Below, piece by piece: positions 1 to 8,784 of a stretch of DNA of 52,050 bases. Position 1 is the first letter of the stretch; every line of letters starts with the position of its first letter. The translations under genes were made by a program, and so were the position numbers. Origin of the DNA: an uncultured Bifidobacterium sp. (GTDB lineage Bacteria > Actinomycetota > Actinomycetes > Nanopelagicales > Nanopelagicaceae). Under the pieces are notes generated by a model. That model was not told the origin of the DNA. It worked only from the letters and a program-made list of their open reading frames with translations, and did no database searches. The DNA is taken from contig CAZBCF010000001.1 in NCBI GenBank assembly GCA_964490435.1, positions 49,734 to 101,783 of the forward strand. The letters run 5' to 3'.

Positions 1-2
1 AA

Positions 3-74
3 GAGGTGGTCGCAGAGAACTTGATGTTGCTCGAATTGGATTTCTTAAAGCGGGCGTTGAAGATCAATAAGTAG
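3..74 (+). CDS. 3' end (partial) of probable S9-family prolyl oligopeptidase/dipeptidyl peptidase
   Basis: Frame 3 reads EVVAENLMLLELDFLKRALKINK*, resembling the C-terminus of actinobacterial S9 peptidases; truncated by the window edge. Confidence 0.55.
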   Translation, partial: EVVAENLMLLELDFLKRALKINK

Positions 75-1251
75 GTAGCGAAGGATCGATCTGCTTTGCC
101 CAGGCGATTACACCACCGCTTACATGCGTCGCATCGGCAAAGCCTGCACCTTTGAGCACAGCAAGGCACTCAGCCGATCGCACTCCACTCTTGCAATGCA
201 AGATGATTGGTTTATCTTGCGGCAACTTGGCTAGCACCGAGCCATCGAGAAACTCTTGTTTCGGGATTAGCACCGATCCTGGGATGCGAACAATCTCGAA
301 TTCGGCGGGCTCGCGAACATCGATGAGCAAGAAATTCTCGTGATGTTCCATCTTGCTCTTCAATTGATCGACGGAGATAGTTGAACCGGAGACTGCTTCG
401 CTTGCCGCAGTAGAAATCGCGCCGCAAAAACCTTCGTAATCCTCGAGCAACTCCGTTTGCGTCGCATTCGGCCCACAGAGTACGCAATTGGGATCCTTAC
501 GAATCTTCACCTTTCGGTACGACATTTCAAGCGCGTCATAAATCATCAATTCACCGATGAGTGGTTCCCCGATACCAGTGATTAATTTGATTGCCTCGGT
601 GACTTGAATAGAACCAATAGATGCACAGAGCACTCCAAGTACGCCACCTTCTGCACAACTGGGGACCATCCCTGGCGGTGGTGGTTCTGGATACAAACAG
701 CGATAGCAAGGGCCGTGCTCGGCCCAAAAGACGCTCGCTTGTCCATCAAAGCGATAGATCGAGCCCCACACATATGGTTTGCCCAACAGCACCGCTGCAT
801 CGTTGACCATATAACGCGTAGCAAAATTGTCAGTGCCATCGATAATCAAGTCGTATTGTGCAAATAGCTCCATCACATTCGAGTTATCCAAACGAGTCTC
901 ATGCACGATGACCTTCGTGTATGGATTTATCTCAGCGATACTTTCGGCCGCGCTCTGCGCCTTGCTCTTTCCGATATCGCTTTGCCCGTGAATGATCTGT
1001 CGCTGGAGGTTAGATTCATCAACAACATCGAATTCGACGATTCCTAGCGTTCCCACACCGGCAGCAGCGAGATACATCAACGCAGGCGATCCCAAACCGC
1101 CGGCACCAACGCAGAGGACTTTCGCGGCCATCAGGCGACGCTGACCATCCATCGCAACATCGGGGATTATCAGGTGGCGGCTGTAGCGACGAACTTGATC
1201 GACCGTGAGCGGTGGGCCAGGCTCGACGAGAGGTTTGCTTGAGGGTTTCAT
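64..1251 (-). CDS. moeB: ThiF-family adenylyltransferase/sulfurtransferase with C-terminal rhodanese domain (MoeB/MoeZ)
   Basis: RYSRH, GAGGLGS, SNLQRQ, DGTDNF, CYRC and CVLC Zn motifs; rhodanese LIDVREPAE...HCKSGVRS. Start refined to ATG 1251 (GTG 1263 possible). Confidence 0.93.
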   Translation of the reverse strand: MKPSSKPLVEPGPPLTVDQVRRYSRHLIIPDVAMDGQRRLMAAKVLCVGAGGLGSPALMYLAAAGVGTLGIVEFDVVDESNLQRQIIHGQSDIGKSKAQSAAESIAEINPYTKVIVHETRLDNSNVMELFAQYDLIIDGTDNFATRYMVNDAAVLLGKPYVWGSIYRFDGQASVFWAEHGPCYRCLYPEPPPPGMVPSCAEGGVLGVLCASIGSIQVTEAIKLITGIGEPLIGELMIYDALEMSYRKVKIRKDPNCVLCGPNATQTELLEDYEGFCGAISTAASEAVSGSTISVDQLKSKMEHHENFLLIDVREPAEFEIVRIPGSVLIPKQEFLDGSVLAKLPQDKPIILHCKSGVRSAECLAVLKGAGFADATHVSGGVIAWAKQIDPSLPTY

Positions 1252-1322
1252 GGGAAGGCTCACACCCCTACTCTGCCACGGTTGTTTACACACTCTCCAC
1301 TTGAAGGCCTACCATCGACCCT

Positions 1323-1943
1323 ATGAGCGATGCTAAAGCGCGGTTACCGCGCGACGAACGGCGTGCGCAACTACTCACTGCCGCCCTCGAGGTCTTTACT
1401 TCTGCTGGGTACCACGCAGCAGCGATGGATGAGATTGCCGATCGTGCCGGGGTGAGCAAACCCGTGCTCTATCAACATTTCCCGAGCAAGCTCGATTTGT
1501 ATTTGGCGGTACTCGATCTACACGTGGATCAACTGGTCTATTCCATCCAGCGCGCAATCGCCTCGACTCAAGATAATGCCGATCGGGTGAAGGCGACCGT
1601 CGATGCTTATTTCAATTTTATCGAGGAGGAGGGCGAGGCCTATCGCTTGCTCTTCGAGAGTGACATGAGCGTCGAGCCGGCTGTTCGGGAAAGGTTGACG
1701 CGTATGACGTACGACTGCGCTGCCGCGGTAAGTGCTGTCATCGCTGCCGATACCGGAATTCCTGATGAAGCGGCAATGCTCCTTGGAATTGGTCTGGTCG
1801 GTACTGCGCAATTCACTGCCCGCTATTGGCTAGAACGTGACGGACGTGTGCCACGTGAGGAAGCTGCGCGCCTTGTTGCCAATCTTCAATGGCGCGGTAT
1901 CTCTGGATATCCTCGTTCCCTAGACGAGCGAAGTAAGCGATAA
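1323..1943 (+). CDS. TetR/AcrR family transcriptional regulator
   Basis: N-terminal HTH GYHAAAMDEIADRAGVSKPVLYQHFPSK; conserved position between moeZ and DUF3107. Confidence 0.93.
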   Translation: MSDAKARLPRDERRAQLLTAALEVFTSAGYHAAAMDEIADRAGVSKPVLYQHFPSKLDLYLAVLDLHVDQLVYSIQRAIASTQDNADRVKATVDAYFNFIEEEGEAYRLLFESDMSVEPAVRERLTRMTYDCAAAVSAVIAADTGIPDEAAMLLGIGLVGTAQFTARYWLERDGRVPREEAARLVANLQWRGISGYPRSLDERSKR

Positions 1944-1960
1944 CTAGATAGGCTGAGAGT

Positions 1961-2236
1961 ATGAGCGCAAAAAAGAGTGCAGAAGCCTCAAGTGCTGCTT
2001 CGGGCAGCAAAGTTGAGGTAAGAATCGGTATTACTGATTCACCACGTGAACTTACTATTGAACTATCGAATACTGCCGATGACATCGAAGCAACCGTCGC
2101 AAGAGCGCTCCACGAAGGCTCACACATCGCATTCACTGACGAAAAGGGGCGACGTTTGATTGTGCCTGCAGCCAAGGTGGGATTCGTCGAAGTAAGCGCC
2201 CGCTCCGAGCGTAAAGTTGGTTTTGGTACTAACTAG
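1961..2236 (+). CDS. DUF3107 family protein
   Basis: VEVRIGITDSPREL...DEKGRRLIVP...VGF pattern; follows tetR as in other actinobacteria. Confidence 0.85.
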   Translation: MSAKKSAEASSAASGSKVEVRIGITDSPRELTIELSNTADDIEATVARALHEGSHIAFTDEKGRRLIVPAAKVGFVEVSARSERKVGFGTN

Positions 2237-2273
2237 TAGTTCTCGTCATAAAACTTTCTCTGGCTAGAAACAA

Positions 2274-2981
2274 TTAGAGCAAGTCGTAGGTAATCTCGCG
2301 ATAACGACCGGCAAGGTCGCTGGCTTTCTTGTAGTTCAACAGCGACTGCCCCGCAACAACTGCATCTAAGAAAAGTGGGCTCTTCGGGATTCCAGGATTA
2401 ATTATCGAGCCAGAACCAAATCGCGAAGTGAGCTCGGAGAGCATGTGCACCCCATGCTTCGAACGGGCATCGACCATCGTCGGCAATATTGCCCTGATTT
2501 TGCCGCGGTAACTCTTACTCTCCTGCGCAACATCAAGGGCACCACGTACCGACAGCAGATCGAGCCGAGTTGGAATGATGATCTCATCGGCAGCCGCCAG
2601 CACTTGGTGGTTTATCGGGCCAAGTCCGGCGGAGGAATCGATAATGATGATGTCGTATTCGAAAGAACTCAAGGCGCTAAAGAGCAGATCCTCACTCTTG
2701 AATCGAGCGAGCTCAGATAGCTTTGGTGAAGCGGGGATGAGATCCACCCGCTCGCTCGTCTGATGGAGCATGCCCAATGCTCGCGGCCGTCCTGAAAAGA
2801 TGTCATAGACGGTACGGCGTGAATTCTCTTTACCGAGCGTAAACGTGAGGGCTCCGTTTGGATCACAATCTACGAGCAGCACTCGCTTTCCGTACTCAGA
2901 GAATGCCACCGCAATAGAGAGTGCACTTGTTGTTCTGCCAACGCCACCGGCCGAATTCATAAAAGCGATGATTCGGTTCAT
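2274..2981 (-). CDS. ParA/MinD-family protein with degenerate Walker A
   Basis: IIAFMNSAGGVGRTT, VLLVDCDPNG, YDIIIIDS, ILPTMVD; ParA fold but both motif lysines changed. Confidence 0.8.
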   Translation of the reverse strand: MNRIIAFMNSAGGVGRTTSALSIAVAFSEYGKRVLLVDCDPNGALTFTLGKENSRRTVYDIFSGRPRALGMLHQTSERVDLIPASPKLSELARFKSEDLLFSALSSFEYDIIIIDSSAGLGPINHQVLAAADEIIIPTRLDLLSVRGALDVAQESKSYRGKIRAILPTMVDARSKHGVHMLSELTSRFGSGSIINPGIPKSPLFLDAVVAGQSLLNYKKASDLAGRYREITYDLL

Positions 2982-3766
2982 TTCGCCTCAGCCATTGATG
3001 TTCGTTGCTCTCGCGCATATGGGCTCATCCGTGCAATTTCGGGTAATCGCAAGGCTCTTTCGCGAAAAGCGATGAGTGCTCGGTTGGTGAAGTTCTCTTG
3101 TCCGGGAAATGATGGCCACCCATACATATCGCGCGCCCATCGCGGCAGCGATGCTGCTGCAAGAGTTGCTAACGAGGCCCACAATGCAGGCGCGGGTGTC
3201 CCAAACCGAACTATCGGCGGCATGGGAGGGAATGTGAGAAAGACCGCGGTCCGTTTTGCTTCTTCTGTCACTGCAAGTTTCGACTGAATCTCTTCCATAT
3301 AACGTTGGAGCATCGCGTATGAACTTGGAACGCTTACCGGATCGATTCCGACTAATTCTGCAAAAAGCACCATCTGCTCGAGATAGTCATCGACATCTCG
3401 ATCAGAGATTCGCATTCCAGATCGCTTGGCGATATCGATGAATGAATCGACCATAGAGGTATGCACCCAGAGCAACTCCTCTTGGGTATCCAAGCCCAGG
3501 CGTTGATGAATCATTCGCACTCGCTCGGCAGCGCGATCGACTTCTGCGCGTGGACCGTAAGTCACCAGTGCGACGTATTCACCAGTGCGACGCAATCGAC
3601 CCCATGCGTCATCTCGAAAATCCGAATACTTCGCGACACCAGCCATCGCAACTGGGTGGAGCGCCTGTTCCATCAATGCGCGGATCCCACCAACAATTAA
3701 TGCAGGGTCAGAATGGAGTGTGGCAACGATGGAATCGTCGGCGAAATAACCGGCAGAATCGGTCAC
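2978..3766 (-). CDS. DUF2236 / MpaB-like oxygenase family protein
   Basis: GGIRALMEQALHPVAMAGVAKYSDFR..WGRLRRT, RVRMIH, LLWVH motifs; GAGGAG RBS upstream. Confidence 0.85.
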   Translation of the reverse strand: MTDSAGYFADDSIVATLHSDPALIVGGIRALMEQALHPVAMAGVAKYSDFRDDAWGRLRRTGEYVALVTYGPRAEVDRAAERVRMIHQRLGLDTQEELLWVHTSMVDSFIDIAKRSGMRISDRDVDDYLEQMVLFAELVGIDPVSVPSSYAMLQRYMEEIQSKLAVTEEAKRTAVFLTFPPMPPIVRFGTPAPALWASLATLAAASLPRWARDMYGWPSFPGQENFTNRALIAFRERALRLPEIARMSPYAREQRTSMAEAK

Positions 3767-3799
3767 CTGTAAGACTCCTCATCTCGGTCTGGGCGGCTG

Positions 3800-4606
3800 C
3801 TAGCTCTCGTCGAGCCCAGCCCATGGTTGCGCTGGCGGACGGTCAGCATCGGTACATATCCGAGCGTAATCGCAATAGGCACAAAGCGCTCCCGGAGTTG
3901 CCGGAAAATTATGTGCAGCCGTAGCCGCGAGCGCTTCAGCCGCGATGCTTTCAGCACGCTTTATATGGCGAGCGAGAGAGGCATCATCGTGGTGAAAAAC
4001 AACTTTCGTGTCAGAGGGTAGGTGATGCAATTCGACTGTGCGACATTTCTTGCGCAATGTGCGCTCGGCTCCAAGCGCATAAATCGCTAGCGCTAGTGAC
4101 CCTCCCGTCTCAGCCTCATCTGGTGGGCGCTTGCCAGTTTTGTAATCGATAATCACAAGTTCACCTTCACGCTCATCGATACGATCGACTCGCCCTGATA
4201 GTGAGAGGTGCTCGGTTGTCGTGCTGACTGTACGTTCAAGTCCTCGAGGCTCATCATTTGGATCGACACTCGAGAGATATTGGCGAACCCAATTCTGAGC
4301 TCGAAATCGATAACGCTCAGATTGCTCGTCATCTCGAAAGCCTTCATTGCGCCAGTGTTTAATAACGAGTTCGGCGCCCTTATCCTTAGTGCGCGCTTCA
4401 GGAGCGAGGGTGAACCACTCACGTAATGCGTTGTGCACTGCGCTACCCATGCTGGTATGTCCCCACGGACCACCCCGCGGTGGCTTGGGCACATCAATAT
4501 ACGTGTAGCGATATTTCTTTGGACAATCTAGCCATGTCTCAAGACGAGATGGCGTGCACGCAAAGAGTCGTTCTGGCATTCCATCGAAAGCAGGTTGATT
4601 ACTCAT
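3800..4606 (-). CDS. PD-(D/E)XK nuclease, RecB/AddB/Cas4-like, with four Cys (possible Fe-S)
   Basis: TPSRL..WLDCP, GSAVH, GRVDRID, IIDYKTG, C-terminal CAYCDYARIC. Confidence 0.85.
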   Translation of the reverse strand: MSNQPAFDGMPERLFACTPSRLETWLDCPKKYRYTYIDVPKPPRGGPWGHTSMGSAVHNALREWFTLAPEARTKDKGAELVIKHWRNEGFRDDEQSERYRFRAQNWVRQYLSSVDPNDEPRGLERTVSTTTEHLSLSGRVDRIDEREGELVIIDYKTGKRPPDEAETGGSLALAIYALGAERTLRKKCRTVELHHLPSDTKVVFHHDDASLARHIKRAESIAAEALAATAAHNFPATPGALCAYCDYARICTDADRPPAQPWAGLDES

Positions 4607-5241
4607 GCGTTGATAAACGCACGTACCGAATCAGCGATCATTTGAACGGCGATTGCTGCGAGAAGCAAGCCGGCAATCCGCGCGATTAAGGTGACCCCTG
4701 ATTTCTTGATTATCTTGATGATGCCAGTCGAATAAGCCAGGACCAACCCGAGAAAAATGTGCAAGACCAATATCGCGATGAGCAAAGCAGCCATCATCAT
4801 GATCGATCCAGAACCCTCAGATGTCGCCTGCTTGACGAAGATTATCGTTGCCACGATTGCACCCGGACCAGCGAGTAGCGGTGTACCCAGCGGCACGAGC
4901 GCCACATTCACATCGCTGTCATTTGCAGGCTTGCGTTCGTTTCCTATCAAAAGATCGAGTGCGACAAGTAGCAGCAGTAATCCGCCAGCGCCTTGAAGCG
5001 CAGGTAAGGAGATCTTCAAATAGTCCAAGATGAATTGCCCGAAGAGCGCAAAGATGATTATCACAAGAAGCGAGACGCTCGCGGTTTTCCATGCCAATCG
5101 ACGTTGCTCCGCAACGGGATAGCGTGAGACGAGAGAGAGGAAGATCGGCATCACACCAGGTGGGTCGATGATGACAATCAAGGTGACGAATACTTGGATG
5201 CCGAAAGTAAGTGCGCTTATTGTGCTGACATTCACATTCAT
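4603..5241 (-). CDS. MarC family membrane protein
   Basis: IIDPPG..PIF, VPLGTPLLAGPGAI, RIAGLLL; ATGA overlap with the upstream PHP gene places the start at 5241. Confidence 0.9.
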   Translation of the reverse strand: MNVNVSTISALTFGIQVFVTLIVIIDPPGVMPIFLSLVSRYPVAEQRRLAWKTASVSLLVIIIFALFGQFILDYLKISLPALQGAGGLLLLLVALDLLIGNERKPANDSDVNVALVPLGTPLLAGPGAIVATIIFVKQATSEGSGSIMMMAALLIAILVLHIFLGLVLAYSTGIIKIIKKSGVTLIARIAGLLLAAIAVQMIADSVRAFINA

Positions 5242-6089
5242 ATCGTAAACACCTCGCAACCTTTCCCGCTGGCGAGGATACCTTCCCAGACGCGCGGCGC
5301 AGTTACCTCCATCGCAAGTCGCTGTCCTACCGCAATTCCGTGATAATCACTTGAGCCAGTCATGAAGATATTCATCGCCGCAGCAAACTCGCGTAAGGTG
5401 GCACGCGCTTGGGAATCATGGTCACGATGTTCGACTTCGACCCCATCAAGACCAACGCTCACCAGCGCAGCGATTTCATCAATCGTGTAAGTATCTCCTC
5501 GTGAACCGGCAAGCCCATGTGCGAGCACGCTCACCCCGTCAGCCGCTTTGATTGCCGCGATTGCCTCTTCAGGGGTCGGAGCAAGATGTCCGACATAAAA
5601 AGGTGAATCGTTATGGAGGAAGCGAGCAAATGCCTCATTGCGGTCTTCGACGACGCCGCGTGTTACCAGAGCATCGGCAAGATGTGGGCGGCCAACAGTG
5701 GCTGCACTGTCAGAGTGGCGGAGAACATCTTCGAAGGTCACATCAATCTGCGCAGCATTGAGTAACTCAATTATCCGGCGTATTCGAGGGATTCGATCAT
5801 CCCGAGTGAGTTCCATCAAATCATTAAGTCGAACGTCGTCAGGGTCGAAGAGGTAAGCGAGCATGTGCACGCTCATCCCACCACTCGTACGACACGAGAT
5901 CTCAGCGCCTGGCACGATAGTAAGCGCGCTTGTGCGCTCACGTTCACGCAGTTGTTGCCAACCCTTGAGCGTGTCGTGATCGGTAATCGCCAAGACAGAA
6001 AGACCCACGGCGCGGGCATATTCGACAAGTTGCTCCGGAGAATCCTGCCCATCACTGACATTCGTATGCGAATGTAAATCAATGAGCAT
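5238..6089 (-). CDS. PHP-domain phosphoesterase (TrpH/YciV-like)
   Basis: IDLHSHT..SDG, AITDHD, GAEIS, GRPH, GSSDYHG metal motifs; start refined to ATG 6089. Confidence 0.9.
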   Translation of the reverse strand: MLIDLHSHTNVSDGQDSPEQLVEYARAVGLSVLAITDHDTLKGWQQLRERERTSALTIVPGAEISCRTSGGMSVHMLAYLFDPDDVRLNDLMELTRDDRIPRIRRIIELLNAAQIDVTFEDVLRHSDSAATVGRPHLADALVTRGVVEDRNEAFARFLHNDSPFYVGHLAPTPEEAIAAIKAADGVSVLAHGLAGSRGDTYTIDEIAALVSVGLDGVEVEHRDHDSQARATLREFAAAMNIFMTGSSDYHGIAVGQRLAMEVTAPRVWEGILASGKGCEVFTI

Positions 6090-7002
6090 CAGAGCGCTCC
6101 CCTTGCAATTGAGAGGTGCGGGTGGCGACCAAGCCGCTACCAAAGATCAATAGCGCGATACCTGGGATGATTCCTGCGGGAGGAATTTGATCAAGCCACC
6201 AGACCGCAAGCAGTGCGCCGACAGGAACTTCGAAGAAGACGATCAATGACACCACCGCAGGATTGACGCGCACAAGCACTTGATTGAACATAGTGTGCCC
6301 TAGTAATTGTGCGCCGACAATCAAACCGAGGATGAGCAACCATTCAGATTGCGGGTAATCGAATAGCGGTGCACCGCCTGGAATGACGACGATGAGACAT
6401 GTGAGTGCGCATACCAGATAACAAATTGCAGTGTATGTCGTCGTCGAAACCACTTTTTGAACGTGTGAACCTGCCGTCACATACGCAGCGGCGAGTGCGC
6501 CACCCAAGAGTGCGACTAGATCACCGATGAGAGATCTCGTTGACAGTGACCAATCCACCCCTGTGATAATTAAAACGCCAATCATTGAAATTCCCATGCC
6601 AAGCCAGACTCGAAGGTCGACCTTCCTGCCTTTATAACGAAGCCAAAGCGCGGCGAAGATTGGTTGCGTGGCAGTCAAAGCCGTTCCACTTGCTACGCTC
6701 GTCATGCGCATCGAGTAAAAGAAGCAGATGAAGTGCAGGGCCAGAAAGACGCCAGCGAGAATCGACCAACCCCACGAAGTCTTGGATAAGCGTCGCCATT
6801 CGCCTTTGATGAGTGCAAACGGCAAGGTAATCAAGGAACCACCAAGATTCCGCCAGAAAATAGCGACCGGAACTGCCATGGTGCCCCACGCAATTAGCGG
6901 ACCCGATGTGCCGATACCGATGATTCCAATAGCCAATCGAAGTAAATCCACGCCAGCAATCGGAGATCTAGCTCTGGTCGTCGCAGCATCATGCGAAGTC
7001 AT
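6079..7002 (-). CDS. EamA/DMT family transporter
   Basis: About 10 hydrophobic segments in two repeats, LALHF, TATQPIFAAL, GD..AL, EVPVG; start refined to 7002. Confidence 0.88.
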   Translation of the reverse strand: MTSHDAATTRARSPIAGVDLLRLAIGIIGIGTSGPLIAWGTMAVPVAIFWRNLGGSLITLPFALIKGEWRRLSKTSWGWSILAGVFLALHFICFFYSMRMTSVASGTALTATQPIFAALWLRYKGRKVDLRVWLGMGISMIGVLIITGVDWSLSTRSLIGDLVALLGGALAAAYVTAGSHVQKVVSTTTYTAICYLVCALTCLIVVIPGGAPLFDYPQSEWLLILGLIVGAQLLGHTMFNQVLVRVNPAVVSLIVFFEVPVGALLAVWWLDQIPPAGIIPGIALLIFGSGLVATRTSQLQGERSDAH

Positions 7003-7033
7003 GAGGATGACCCTAACCGGTACCCTTAGCACT

Positions 7034-8296
7034 ATGAGCGCTACATTGAATCGAGTCTTTATAGCGCGCCTGGCAGGAACCGCTGTATTCGACCCAGCTG
7101 GTGACCAAGTCGGAAAGGTGCGCGATGCTGTCGCGACCCTACAAAGCGGTCACGTCGCTCCACGAGTCTTGGGGTTAATCGTGGAGGTACCTCCACGTCG
7201 ACGAATCTTCATTCCCATCACACGTGTCACCTCGATCGAACCCGGCACGGTTGTCATCACAGGATTGCTGAACGTGCGCAGATTCCAACCACGCCCTGGC
7301 GAGTTCCTTGTCCTTGGCGAATTTCTCGATCGCACCACTACGCTCATTGGAAAATCTGAGCGCGTCGTTATTGAAGACATTGCCATGGAACAGAATCGTC
7401 GTGGTGATTGGCTGCTCAATAAGGTACACGTCGCACCGAAAGCATCCGGACTTCGTCGACGCGGTCCAGGAAAGACCGTCGAATACTCCGAGTTGACCGA
7501 ATTCATGACGGGCGAGACCGATGATGGTGCTCGCAGTTTGATGGCAACACTTGCCACACTCAAAGCAGCCGACCTTGCAGGAGCGCTCCACGATCTCTCG
7601 ATGGCTAGGCGCGTGGAAATCGCACGTGCACTCGATGACGAGCGCCTTGCTGATGTCCTTGAAGAGATGGAAGAGGGCGAGCGAGTTGCCCTCCTTGCGC
7701 AACTAGAGGGCGAGCGAGCCGCTGACGTACTTGGCGAGATGGATCCAGATGACGCTGCCGATCTACTCCGTGAAGTGGGTAGCGAAAAAGCAGAGTCACT
7801 TCTTAACTTGATGGAACCTGAAGATGCAGAAGATGTCCGACGCTTGATGGTGTACGAAGATTATTCCGCCGGTGGAATGATGACGACCGAGCCAGTCATT
7901 CTGGCTGCTGACAACACCGTTGCTGAGGCGCTCGCAGCGCTACGCACAAGTGAGATTACCCCTGCCTTAGCGGCACAAGTTTTCGTCACCCGCGCTCCGC
8001 ACGAGACTCCGACTGGAAAATTCCTTGGTATCGCGCATTTTCAACGACTCCTGCGCGAACCACCCGCGACTTTGCTCGGCTCGATTGTCGACACCGAGAC
8101 TGAATCGCTCACTCCCGATAAGAACTTGACCACGATTTCTTCCTATTTTGCGGCATATAACTTGGTGGCTGTCCCAATCGTCGACGAGAATGATCGTTTG
8201 CTTGGTGTCGTGACTGTTGACGACGTGCTGGACCACCTATTGCCCGAGAACTGGCGCGCTCGCCATGATGATGACAGTCGGGAGGTTTTGACATGA
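7034..8296 (+). CDS. MgtE N-terminal domain + CBS pair protein (no transmembrane domain)
   Basis: Acidic repeats LADVLEEM/AADVLGEMDPDDAADLL, Y...SAGGMMT, GVVTVDDVLD; start at ATG 7034 after TACCCT -10. Confidence 0.88.
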   Translation: MSATLNRVFIARLAGTAVFDPAGDQVGKVRDAVATLQSGHVAPRVLGLIVEVPPRRRIFIPITRVTSIEPGTVVITGLLNVRRFQPRPGEFLVLGEFLDRTTTLIGKSERVVIEDIAMEQNRRGDWLLNKVHVAPKASGLRRRGPGKTVEYSELTEFMTGETDDGARSLMATLATLKAADLAGALHDLSMARRVEIARALDDERLADVLEEMEEGERVALLAQLEGERAADVLGEMDPDDAADLLREVGSEKAESLLNLMEPEDAEDVRRLMVYEDYSAGGMMTTEPVILAADNTVAEALAALRTSEITPALAAQVFVTRAPHETPTGKFLGIAHFQRLLREPPATLLGSIVDTETESLTPDKNLTTISSYFAAYNLVAVPIVDENDRLLGVVTVDDVLDHLLPENWRARHDDDSREVLT

Positions 8297-8766
8297 GCAA
8301 TCGACTTGATCTGCCCCGTCGCAGCAAACGATCACTTCGTCCTACCTACAACTCTGAAGCATTCGGTCGACTCTCCGAACGCTTTGCTCGATTCTTAGGC
8401 ACCGCGAATTTCTTGGTCTACATGTCAGGCTTCGTGTTGACCTGGGTTTTGTGGAATGCATTTGCTCCGACGCATCTTCGATTCGATCCCTTTCCTTTCA
8501 TCTTCTTGACTTTGATTCTTTCGTTGCAAGCATCGTATGCAGCGCCTTTGATTTTGTTGGCACAGAATCGTCAAGCAGATCGTGATCGAATTCAATCGGC
8601 AGAAGATCGATCCCGCGATGAACGAAACCTTGCTGCAACCGAATATCTGACCCGTGAGATTGCCGCACTTCGTGAAGGTTTAGGCGATGCGGCAACGCGC
8701 GACTTCATCCGCAGCGAATTACGTGAGTTACTCGAAGAGTTACGTAGCGACGAAAAATCTGAGTAG
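8293..8766 (+). CDS. DUF1003 membrane protein
   Basis: FDPFPFIFLTLILSLQASYAAPLILLAQNRQ signature; ATGA-coupled to the upstream gene. Confidence 0.92.
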   Translation: MSNRLDLPRRSKRSLRPTYNSEAFGRLSERFARFLGTANFLVYMSGFVLTWVLWNAFAPTHLRFDPFPFIFLTLILSLQASYAAPLILLAQNRQADRDRIQSAEDRSRDERNLAATEYLTREIAALREGLGDAATRDFIRSELRELLEELRSDEKSE

Positions 8767-8784
8767 TTAACTCGTTTTATTCGC

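Noticed and set aside
3800-4606. Possible CRISPR-Cas locus suggested by the Cas4-like nuclease
   Set aside because: No repeat-spacer array or other cas genes in the window
6728-7033. 102-aa N-terminal extension of the MgtE-like ORF in the track
   Set aside because: It overlaps the divergent EamA gene; a -10 hexamer supports ATG 7034
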